Below, one piece after another: positions 1 to 5,751 of a stretch of DNA of 6,272 nucleotides; the stretch's first letter is position 1; each line of letters starts with the position of its first letter. A model generated the notes under the pieces. It had not been told where the DNA came from and did no database searches. It saw nothing but the letters and a program-made list of their open reading frames with translations. Origin of the DNA: Candidatus Iainarchaeum sp. (GTDB lineage: Archaea; Iainarchaeota; Iainarchaeia; Iainarchaeales; CSSED10-239). A program made the position numbers and the translations under genes. The stretch lies in the NCBI GenBank assembly GCA_028693335.1, contig JAQUVR010000036.1, positions 1 to 6,272 of the forward strand, in the 5' to 3' direction.

Positions 1-133
1 GATCTTTATTTAAAAAATAAGAAGAAACTCTTTTTTTAAGATTTTTTGCTTTTCCAATATAGATAATAGCCCCTTCTTTATCTTTATAGATATAACAACC
101 AGGGTTATTTGGTATTTTACTTAAATCAATCAT
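1..133 (-). CDS. uvrC: UvrC excinuclease ABC subunit C, N-terminal GIY-YIG part only (5' partial gene; continues beyond the left edge)
   Basis: My own translation of the minus strand from ATG 133..131 gives [44 protein letters not shown]. This matches the hallmark UvrC N-terminus (P-x-x-PG-[VC]-Y ... [VI]-IY-[VI]-GKAK-x-L-K-x-R-V-x-SYF, GIY-YIG nuclease motif). The frame is open to position 1. An alternative in-frame ATG lies at 145..143 (MVKNMIDL...). It is missing from the ORF track because it is truncated by the window edge. Family recognition is from memory of UvrC sequences, not a search. Confidence 0.8.
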   Translation of the reverse strand, partial: MIDLSKIPNNPGCYIYKDKEGAIIYIGKAKNLKKRVSSYFLNKD

Positions 134-404
134 ATTTTTTACCATAAATCTTATCTCTATGTTCTAGATATCTAAATATTATTTTATCATTTTTTTTATC
201 AACCCAAAATATTAAAATAAATTGTGCAGTAATATGAATTCTTTTATATTTTTGTAATGGTTTTTTAAGATTTTTATAATGATCTAAAAATTCGTTTTTT
301 TTAATTTCTTCTATTTTTGTAAATAAATAAATAGCTAATGATTTATCCTTTAAAGATAATTTTTTAATTATTTTATCTAATTCAGGATGAATCTCATATT
401 CCAT
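126..404 (-). CDS. Type II toxin-antitoxin system toxin, RelE/ParE superfamily (92 aa)
   Basis: 92-aa ORF. Its C-terminal pattern [37 protein letters not shown] fits the RelE-type signature (R-x-R/H-x-x-x-[FY]-R/I-[LIV]... hR-x-x-x-Y), and its N-terminus [14 protein letters not shown] resembles archaeal RelE proteins. The ATG at 404 lies 1 nt after the stop (406-408) of the upstream small ORF, the classic antitoxin-toxin arrangement. The toxin stop TGA (128..126) sits inside the uvrC start region. Confidence 0.72.
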   Translation of the reverse strand: MEYEIHPELDKIIKKLSLKDKSLAIYLFTKIEEIKKNEFLDHYKNLKKPLQKYKRIHITAQFILIFWVDKKNDKIIFRYLEHRDKIYGKKYD

Positions 405-405
405 A

Positions 406-654
406 TTAGTAATCTATTTTATATCTTTTTTTAAGTTCGTCAACAGATTTGAATTTTATTCCTGATTTATATTTTTTATCGCCAGCTAATATTTTCTTAA
501 CAAATTCTGGTCTTAATTCTGGTTCAAGATTTGTTTTTGAATATTGTGTTACAACTAAAGTTATTGCTTCTGCTTTGTTTTTTAGGTTGTATTGTGCTTT
601 TATGATGTTTAAAGTTTGATTGATTTCGATGGGTAAATCGATTAATGCTTTCAT
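406..654 (-). CDS. Putative antitoxin, ribbon-helix-helix-like (82 aa from the SD-supported start; the ORF track extends to 705)
   Basis: The internal ATG at 654..652 is preceded by GGAGG (667..663 on the minus strand) with an 8-nt spacer. The product starts MKALIDLPIEINQTLNIIKAQYNLKNKAEAITLVVTQY: a short beta-strand followed by two helices, typical of RHH (CopG/Arc/MetJ-like) antitoxins. It is reminiscent of small archaeal DUF2683-type partners of RelE (recalled, not searched). It sits immediately upstream of the toxin and is translationally coupled to it. Confidence 0.62.
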   Translation of the reverse strand: MKALIDLPIEINQTLNIIKAQYNLKNKAEAITLVVTQYSKTNLEPELRPEFVKKILAGDKKYKSGIKFKSVDELKKRYKIDY

Positions 655-662
655 GTACTTTG

Positions 663-702
663 CCTCCATTAATAATTGTATATATATATTAATGGTTGTT
701 AA
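663..702 (-). promoter_or_regulatory. Candidate TA-module promoter/operator plus RBS
   Basis: On the minus strand: TTAACA (702..697), 16-nt spacer, TACAAT (680..675), then GGAGG (667..663). A perfect 8-bp inverted repeat CCATTAAT (666-673) / ATTAATGG (688-695) with a 14-nt spacer brackets the -10-like element. This is the geometry expected for an autorepressing RHH antitoxin operator. The ATATATATA run could alternatively be an archaeal TATA box. AT-rich context makes chance matches likely. Confidence 0.33.
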
Positions 703-718
703 CATTTATTAATTTGTC

Positions 719-3535
719 TTATTTAATAATTTTTTTTAAAAATTCACCAGTATAGCTTTTTTTATGTTTTATAATTTCTTCAGGAGATCCTTTAGCTATT
801 ATATCTCCACCATATTTTCCACCATCAGGCCCAAGATCTATTATGTAATCACAAGATTTTATAATATCTAAATTATGTTCAATAACAACAACAGTATTTC
901 CTTTTTTGACTAATCTATCTAAGACTTCAATTAATTTTTTAACATCATGGAAATGCAGACCAGTTGTAGGTTCGTCTAAAAGATAAATAGTATTACCTGT
1001 ATCTCTTTTAGATAATTCTTTAGTTAATTTTATTCTTTGTGCTTCACCACCAGACAATGTTACTGAATTTTGACCAAGTTTAATATAAGATAGACCAACA
1101 TCCATTAATGTTTCTAATTTTCTTTTTAAAGATGGAATATTTTCAAAAAAATAATATGCTTCTTCTACTGACATATCAAGAACATCTGCTATGTTCTTAT
1201 TTTTGTATTTAATTTCTAATGTTTCTTCATTAAATCTTTTACCCTTACACTCTTCACAATCAACATAAATATCAGGCAAAAAATTCATTTCAATTTTAAT
1301 TTGTCCATCTCCTTGACAAGCTTCACATCTTCCACCTTTGACATTAAAAGAAAATCTTCCAGCATCAAATCCTCTGATTTTAGAATCCTCTAGTTTACTA
1401 AACAGATCTCTAATATCATCAAGAACCTTTGTGTATGTTGCTGGATTTGATCTAGGCGTTCTTCCAATTGGTGATTGATCAATTGAAATTACTTTGTCAA
1501 TTTTTTCTGGAATTTCAATATTTTTTACTTTACCAATATTCATTTTAGATTTATAAAACTTATTCATTAAAAATGGATAAAGTGTTTCATAAATTAAAGA
1601 AGATTTTCCAGATCCAGAAACACCAGTAACACAGCTGAAAACACCAATTGGTATTTCAACATTAATATTTTTTAAATTATTTTCTGAAGCTTCAATTATT
1701 TTTATAAACTCTTTAGTTTTTCTTCTTTCTTTTGGGATAAGAATAAATTGATTACCAGAAAGATATTGTCCAGTTAATGATTCTTTATTCTTCATAATTT
1801 CTTTTGGTGTTCCACTTGCAATAATATTTCCACCGTGTATTCCTGCGCCAGGTCCAATATCAATAACATAATCTGCTTGTTTTATGGTGTCTTCATCATG
1901 TTCAACAACAATTACAGAGTTACCAATATCTCTTAACTTAAATAAAGTATCAATTAATTTTTGATTATCTTTTTGATGTAAACCAATTGATGGTTCATCA
2001 AGAACATATAAAACGCCAGTTAGGTTTGTTCCAAGATTAGTTGCAAGTCTTATTCTTTGGGATTCTCCACCAGATAATGTTCCTGCATTTCTTGACAATG
2101 TTAAATATCCTAAACCCACTTTTTCTAAAAACTCTAATCTAGAATTAATTTCTTTTAGAATATGTTTTGCAATTTCTTCTTCTTTTTTAGATAATTTTAT
2201 TTTTTTAAAAAAATCAATTAATTCTAAAATAGACAAATCTGTGAGATCAACAATAGATCTATCAGAAATTTTTACAAATAATATTTTTTTCTTTAATCTT
2301 TTTCCATTACAACTTGGACAAGGAGAACTATTCATGAATTTTTCCATTTCTGTTCTTCTGTATTCTGATTCTGTTTGTTTATAAAGTCTTTGAGTTTGTG
2401 GTAATAATCCTTCCCATGTGCCAGTATAGTTAAAACTAGAAGTTCCATTTTTTCCATTTAAATTAAAATTAATATTATCTTCTGAACCGTACATCAATAT
2501 CTTATATTGTTTTTCAGTTAAATCTTTAATTGGAGTTAAAGCAGAAAAACCGTAAGCCTTTGCAACGGTTGCAAGATGTTGACCTCTCCAACCATCAATA
2601 GCATTTCTATATATTGCAATTGCACCATCTGCTATTGATTTGTTTTTATCTGGAATTATTAGATCTTCATCAAAATCCATTTTAATTCCAAGACCAGAAC
2701 ATTCTTCACAAGCACCAAAAGGAGAATTAAAAGAAAACATTCTTGGTTGTAGTTCTTCAAAGGACAAACCACAGATTGGACAAGACATCTTGGAAGAGTA
2801 GATCTTTTCTTTGTTGTCTATTAATATTTTAACAATCCCATCAGTTGATCTTTTTATAGCTAGTTCAACATTTTCAACAATTCTAGATTTGTTTTCTTGA
2901 TCTACTTTTATTTTATCAATTACAATATCAATATCATGCATTTTATATCTGTCAAGAATTATTTTTTCATCTGTTCTTTTAATTTCTGAGTTTACTCTAA
3001 CTCTTGTATAACCTTCTTTATTTAGATCTAAAAATAATTTTTCATAAGTTCCCTTTTTCTTTTGAATTATTGGGCAAAGGATTGTGATTTCTTTATTTAA
3101 AAAATCATTAAATATATTCTCTGAGATTTTTTGAGGGCTCATAGCTTGAATCTTTATGTTGTGATCTGGACAATAAGCTGTTCCTATCCTTGCAAATAAT
3201 AATCTTAAATAATCATAAATTTCTGTAACAGTTCCAACAGTAGATCTTGGATTTTTGGAAGTTGTTTTTTGTTCTATTGATATTGCTGGTGACAATCCTT
3301 CAATTGAATCAACATCTGGTTTTTTCATCATCCCAAGAAATTGTCTAGCATAGCTAGATAATGATTCAACATACCTTCTTTGACCATCAGCATAGATGGT
3401 ATCAAACGCTAATGTTGATTTGCCTGAGCCAGATAATCCAGTAATAACAACTAATTTTTCTTTAGGGATCTCTATATCTATGTTTTTTAGGTTATGTTCT
3501 CTTGCGCCTTTAATAATAATTGATTTAGAAGTCAT
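719..3535 (-). CDS. uvrA: UvrA excinuclease ABC subunit A (938 aa, full length, class I architecture)
   Basis: Two ABC ATPase modules are present: Walker A GLSGSGKST and GVSGSGKSS, and signature motifs LSGGESQR and LSGGEAQR followed by LYVLDEPSIGLH and IYLLDEPTTGLH. Zinc-module cysteines are also present (CPDH, CPICG...CEEC, CPSCNGKR, CEACQGDG...CEECKGKR). The N-terminus IKGAREHNLKNIDIEIP is canonical UvrA. Length is typical. Confidence 0.97.
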   Translation of the reverse strand: MTSKSIIIKGAREHNLKNIDIEIPKEKLVVITGLSGSGKSTLAFDTIYADGQRRYVESLSSYARQFLGMMKKPDVDSIEGLSPAISIEQKTTSKNPRSTVGTVTEIYDYLRLLFARIGTAYCPDHNIKIQAMSPQKISENIFNDFLNKEITILCPIIQKKKGTYEKLFLDLNKEGYTRVRVNSEIKRTDEKIILDRYKMHDIDIVIDKIKVDQENKSRIVENVELAIKRSTDGIVKILIDNKEKIYSSKMSCPICGLSFEELQPRMFSFNSPFGACEECSGLGIKMDFDEDLIIPDKNKSIADGAIAIYRNAIDGWRGQHLATVAKAYGFSALTPIKDLTEKQYKILMYGSEDNINFNLNGKNGTSSFNYTGTWEGLLPQTQRLYKQTESEYRRTEMEKFMNSSPCPSCNGKRLKKKILFVKISDRSIVDLTDLSILELIDFFKKIKLSKKEEEIAKHILKEINSRLEFLEKVGLGYLTLSRNAGTLSGGESQRIRLATNLGTNLTGVLYVLDEPSIGLHQKDNQKLIDTLFKLRDIGNSVIVVEHDEDTIKQADYVIDIGPGAGIHGGNIIASGTPKEIMKNKESLTGQYLSGNQFILIPKERRKTKEFIKIIEASENNLKNINVEIPIGVFSCVTGVSGSGKSSLIYETLYPFLMNKFYKSKMNIGKVKNIEIPEKIDKVISIDQSPIGRTPRSNPATYTKVLDDIRDLFSKLEDSKIRGFDAGRFSFNVKGGRCEACQGDGQIKIEMNFLPDIYVDCEECKGKRFNEETLEIKYKNKNIADVLDMSVEEAYYFFENIPSLKRKLETLMDVGLSYIKLGQNSVTLSGGEAQRIKLTKELSKRDTGNTIYLLDEPTTGLHFHDVKKLIEVLDRLVKKGNTVVVIEHNLDIIKSCDYIIDLGPDGGKYGGDIIAKGSPEEIIKHKKSYTGEFLKKIIK

Positions 3536-3625
3536 TTTTTATTCATATTTTGTTTTTTAATTAAAATAAATTAAAATTAGTTTTAATATATAATATATGT
3601 TAAAAACATTATATATTCCTTTCTA

Positions 3626-3869
3626 GGGGGGTGTTGTCCACTGCAACTGGTTTCGCTCAGTTGACACGCAGTATAACCGGTTTCGCTCGGTTAACGCGCA
3701 ATTATAATTTTCATAAAAAACGAAATGGAAAGAAAGCCTCGGGAAAGAAGAATGCGGTCGCTCAGTTGAGACGCAGTATAACTGGTTACGCTCAGTTGAC
3801 ACGCAATAAACTTTTTCAAAAAAAGTTTAATCAAAAACAAGATGAAAAGAAAACTCGGGAAAAAAAAAA
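3626..3869 (+). ncRNA. Candidate structured non-coding RNA (unclassified), consisting of two ~105-118-nt modules; the strand assignment is tentative
   Basis: This is a GC-rich island in a very AT-rich genome. It has repeated hairpins with a conserved 8-nt loop (GTTTCGCT / GTTACGCT) and compensatory stem substitutions between units A and B. AU-rich hairpins occupy equivalent positions in both modules (3708-3714/3725-3731 and 3808-3816/3820-3828). Both purine-rich tails share CTCGGGAAA. I recognise no known RNA family. There is no expression evidence. Confidence 0.35.
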
Positions 3870-3879
3870 CTATTTATAA
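3631..3879 (+). CDS. Hypothetical 82-aa highly basic repeat protein (doubtful; overlaps the repeat island)
   Basis: The frame is open from GTG 3631. The repeat periods (30 and 105 nt) are multiples of 3, giving TGFAQLTRSI / TGFARLTRNY / AVAQLRRSI / TGYAQLTRNK. Against coding: the G-run SD candidate abuts the GTG with no spacer. Arg is encoded CGC/CGG/CGA (7 of 8), whereas Arg is mostly AGA in the stretches of the other genes I translated. The 3' end also overlaps the convergent membrane-protein gene by 10 nt. Confidence 0.2.
   Translation: MLSTATGFAQLTRSITGFARLTRNYNFHKKRNGKKASGKKNAVAQLRRSITGYAQLTRNKLFQKKFNQKQDEKKTREKKNYL
3644..3811. repeat. Nested direct repeats: four 30-nt units (A 3647-3676, B 3677-3706, C 3752-3781, D 3782-3811), forming two tandem pairs 105 nt apart inside a GC-rich island
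   Basis: Hand alignment gives A/D 26 of 30 identical, A/C 25 of 30, A/B 22 of 30 and B/D 22 of 30. The core is CTGGTTTCGCTCAGTTGACACGCA. The stretch 3631-3700 has 37 of 70 G+C, versus 7 of 80 for the adjacent 3541-3620. Each unit contains a 6-N8-6 dyad: CAACTG/CAGTTG, TAACCG/CGGTTA, TAACTG/CAGTTG. Confidence 0.9.
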
Positions 3880-3884
3880 AATAG
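3860..3884 (-). terminator. Possible terminator of the membrane-protein gene: weak hairpin plus T10
   Basis: The minus strand reads CTATTT-TAT-AAATAG (3884..3870; 6-bp stem, 3-nt loop, stop codon TAG inside the 3' arm), followed directly by ten T (3869..3860). An oligo-T tract alone is a typical archaeal termination signal. As a bacterial intrinsic terminator the stem is weak. Confidence 0.35.
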
Positions 3885-4562
3885 ATCTGGATTACGATCC
3901 ACAAATTTATTAATAATCCCATTTAATAAAAATTGATCTCCTTTTTTAAGATAAATATATCCTAAGATCGATGCAAATAATGCACCAATTGCATCTAAAA
4001 TAAAATCAATCATAGTATCAATAACACCCAGTCTAGTGTTACAATATCCCTCATTTGGACAAAGATCTCTAGACTTTTGCATATTAGTACCAAATACAGA
4101 ATCCATTCCAAACTCAAAAATCTCCCAAATTGCACCAAAAGCCAAAGATATTGAAAAAATAATTACACAAATAAAAACCGGACTAGTTTTGATTTTTTCA
4201 GTTTTATATAAGACATACATAACCCCAAAAGCAATTAAACTTAATGCAAAACCAGAAAATACATGTAATAAAGAATCCCACCACCAATATCTAAAATAAA
4301 AATTTTGTACTTCTCCTAAAAAAACACCAGCATAAATAAAAAGAATTATGGCTAATTGTAGTTCTGATGGTAAATAAATACGATATCTTTTTTGAAAAAA
4401 ATACGGGATAAATATTAAAATAGTTGCAAGAATAGTAACAAAGAAAAAATCCCAGCGTTTATTAGCAAATTCAACAATTAAAGCTATAATTAATGTAAGC
4501 ACTATAAAATAGGTTATATATTTTTGAATCCTATCAAAACCAACAATATTTTTTTTAAACAT
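3870..4562 (-). CDS. Integral membrane protein, about 6 TM helices; possibly DUF2238/YjdF-like
   Basis: 230-aa ORF with six hydrophobic segments (YFIVLTLIIALIV, FFFVTILATILIFIPYFF, LQLAIILFIYAGVFLG, LLHVFSGFALSLIAFGVMYVLY, VFICVIIFSISLAFGAIWEIF, MIDFILDAIGALFASILGYIYL). The motifs D-x-L-x-H-x-x-x-GF, WE-x-x-EF and GT...D-x-x-x-D...IGA resemble my recollection of E. coli YjdF. That family call is memory-based and unverified. A weak AAGGT lies 11 nt upstream of the ATG. Confidence 0.85.
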   Translation of the reverse strand: MFKKNIVGFDRIQKYITYFIVLTLIIALIVEFANKRWDFFFVTILATILIFIPYFFQKRYRIYLPSELQLAIILFIYAGVFLGEVQNFYFRYWWWDSLLHVFSGFALSLIAFGVMYVLYKTEKIKTSPVFICVIIFSISLAFGAIWEIFEFGMDSVFGTNMQKSRDLCPNEGYCNTRLGVIDTMIDFILDAIGALFASILGYIYLKKGDQFLLNGIINKFVDRNPDLFYK

Positions 4563-4699
4563 ATTATTTATTTACCTTAAAAATATCCAATTCTATATAA
4601 ATATATTTATTCCAAAGAGTTTAATAATTATATCTGTTTTAATAAACATTATAAGATTTGGAATCTATTTAAAAACTCTTTTTTACTTTAAATATATTT

Positions 4700-5731
4700 A
4701 TGCTTTCAACTGCTAAATTTGTTTTTTCAAAATCAAAAATAATAGAAGAATATACAAAATTATCTAATATTAGTGATCTTCTAGCCTATAGTGTAAAAAC
4801 AAATCCTTATTTGGTATCAACATTACAAGAAAAAAAAGATTGTATGTTTTTAGTTCATCACATAAATGAAACAAAAAATATACAAAATAAGACAAATATT
4901 ATTTATATGTTGCACTCTCCAGAAAAAGAAGAACTAGATCTAATTTTTCAAAATGAGATTTCTTTTTTTATTGTTGATAATATTAAAGATTTAGAATTTT
5001 TTTTAGACTATATAGAAAAAAACAATAAAAAAGTTAATCTTTTACTAAGAATGAGAATAAAAGAATATACAGTTAATACAGGAAAATATTTTGTATATGG
5101 TTTTTATTCAGATCAAATAAATGAATTAATTCCAAAACTTAAAAAAAATAGAAATGTTGAAAAATTAGGTGTGCATTTTCATAGAAAAACACAAAACTTA
5201 TCAGAATGGAATTTAATAAGAGAACTTGAAGATTCTATATCTAATGAAACTTTTGAAATTATTGATTTTTTAGATATTGGAGGTGGAATTCCAATAGATT
5301 ATAAAAATATTAAAGCAGAAACCATTATAGATGTTTATAATAAAATAAAAGCATTAAAAGAATTTTTAAATGAAAAAAACATAAAAATGATAATTGAACC
5401 AGGAAGAGCAATTGCTGGGCCTAGTGGTAAATTAATTTGTAATATTAAGAATATTGTTGATAATACCATTTTTATTGACGCATCTGTGTTTAATAGTCAA
5501 ATGGATATTATTGTTTCAAATATTAAATTATTGGTAGATGGGGAAAGAGAATCAGGATCTTACTATGTAATCAAAGGATTAACTCCAGCGTCAGAAGACA
5601 TATTTAGATATAGAGTGTATTTAGATGATCCAAAAATTGGGGATCAAATAATCTTTTTAAATGCTGGAGCTTATATTTATCATACAGATCTTTTTTCTCT
5701 AGATAAATTAAAAGTTGAATTTGTTGATTAA
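4700..5731 (+). CDS. PLP-dependent decarboxylase family protein, fold-type III (Orn/DAP/Arg decarboxylase family 2), short (343 aa) and divergent
   Basis: Family motifs appear in the correct order: YSVKTNP (putative PLP lysine K33, codon 4796-4798), GVHFHRKTQ (HxHxGSQ-like), FLDIGGGIP (fits the family GGG signature), IIEPGRAIAG (EPGR motif), GLTPASED (position of the GP-x-C-x-S-x-D motif) and NAGAYIY (GAY motif). No SD is present. The AT-rich upstream region includes TATTTAAAA about 30 nt before the ATG. Confidence 0.82.
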   Translation: MLSTAKFVFSKSKIIEEYTKLSNISDLLAYSVKTNPYLVSTLQEKKDCMFLVHHINETKNIQNKTNIIYMLHSPEKEELDLIFQNEISFFIVDNIKDLEFFLDYIEKNNKKVNLLLRMRIKEYTVNTGKYFVYGFYSDQINELIPKLKKNRNVEKLGVHFHRKTQNLSEWNLIRELEDSISNETFEIIDFLDIGGGIPIDYKNIKAETIIDVYNKIKALKEFLNEKNIKMIIEPGRAIAGPSGKLICNIKNIVDNTIFIDASVFNSQMDIIVSNIKLLVDGERESGSYYVIKGLTPASEDIFRYRVYLDDPKIGDQIIFLNAGAYIYHTDLFSLDKLKVEFVD

Positions 5732-5751
5732 TTTTTAGTAGGTGAATTTTA

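Noticed and set aside
1-4. The window begins exactly at a GATC site (possible Sau3AI/MboI or BglII cloning boundary)
   Set aside because: With 33 GATC sites in the window, a boundary at one of them is not very improbable. It says nothing about biology, and it cannot be evaluated without the source record.
655-705. 17-codon N-terminal extension of the antitoxin ORF (MLTTINIYIQLLMEAKY)
   Set aside because: The extension contains the GGAGG that serves the internal ATG at 654 and overlaps the promoter/operator-like palindrome. The product from 654 begins with the beta-strand expected for an RHH fold. The longer form is kept only as an alternative.
3592-3614. AT-rich imperfect palindrome (ATGTT-AAA-AACAT core) in the uvrA / repeat-island divergent promoter region
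   Set aside because: It has only 5 clean base pairs and needs a bulge to extend. Such palindromes are expected by chance in DNA that is about 90% A+T. It may simply be TATA-box/BRE-like promoter sequence.
3626-3706. tRNA or tRNA fragment (GCTCAGTTGA resembles a D-arm/D-loop)
   Set aside because: No acceptor stem partner exists for the 5' G-run. There is no T-arm (GTTCRANYC-like) motif and no cloverleaf can be drawn. The motif recurs as part of a repeat.
3647-3811. CRISPR array interpretation of the 30-nt repeats (the unit begins GTTTC and ends ATAAC, resembling CRISPR repeats)
   Set aside because: Units within a pair abut with no spacer. Only four copies are present, and the 45-nt sequence between pairs is itself part of a duplicated module. 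No cas genes occur in the window.
3647-3811. Type III (ToxI-like) antitoxin RNA made of tandem repeats
   Set aside because: No ToxN/AbiQ-like toxin ORF follows the repeats on either strand. Downstream on the plus strand is the antisense of a membrane-protein gene, and on the minus strand it is uvrA.
3626-3811. Archaeal replication origin (ORB-like GTCCACTG next to a G-string) or plasmid-type iterons
   Set aside because: The repeats are all in direct orientation rather than inverted around an unwinding element. No orc1/cdc6 or rep gene is adjacent, and resemblance to the ORB consensus is loose. It is retained only as a minor alternative inside the main finding.
3536-3811. LexA/SOS box controlling uvrA
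   Set aside because: No CTGT-N8-ACAG or GAAC-N4-GTTC motif occurs in the proximal uvrA upstream region. The repeat dyads are CTG-N8-CAG rather than CTG-N10-CAG, and they lie more than 110 bp from the start codon. Their stems covary, which argues against fixed base-specific protein contacts.
4036-4299. 87-aa plus-strand ORF from the track
   Set aside because: It lies entirely antisense within the well-supported 6-TM membrane-protein gene. It has no RBS and a low-complexity product with no recognisable motifs, so it is a typical shadow ORF.
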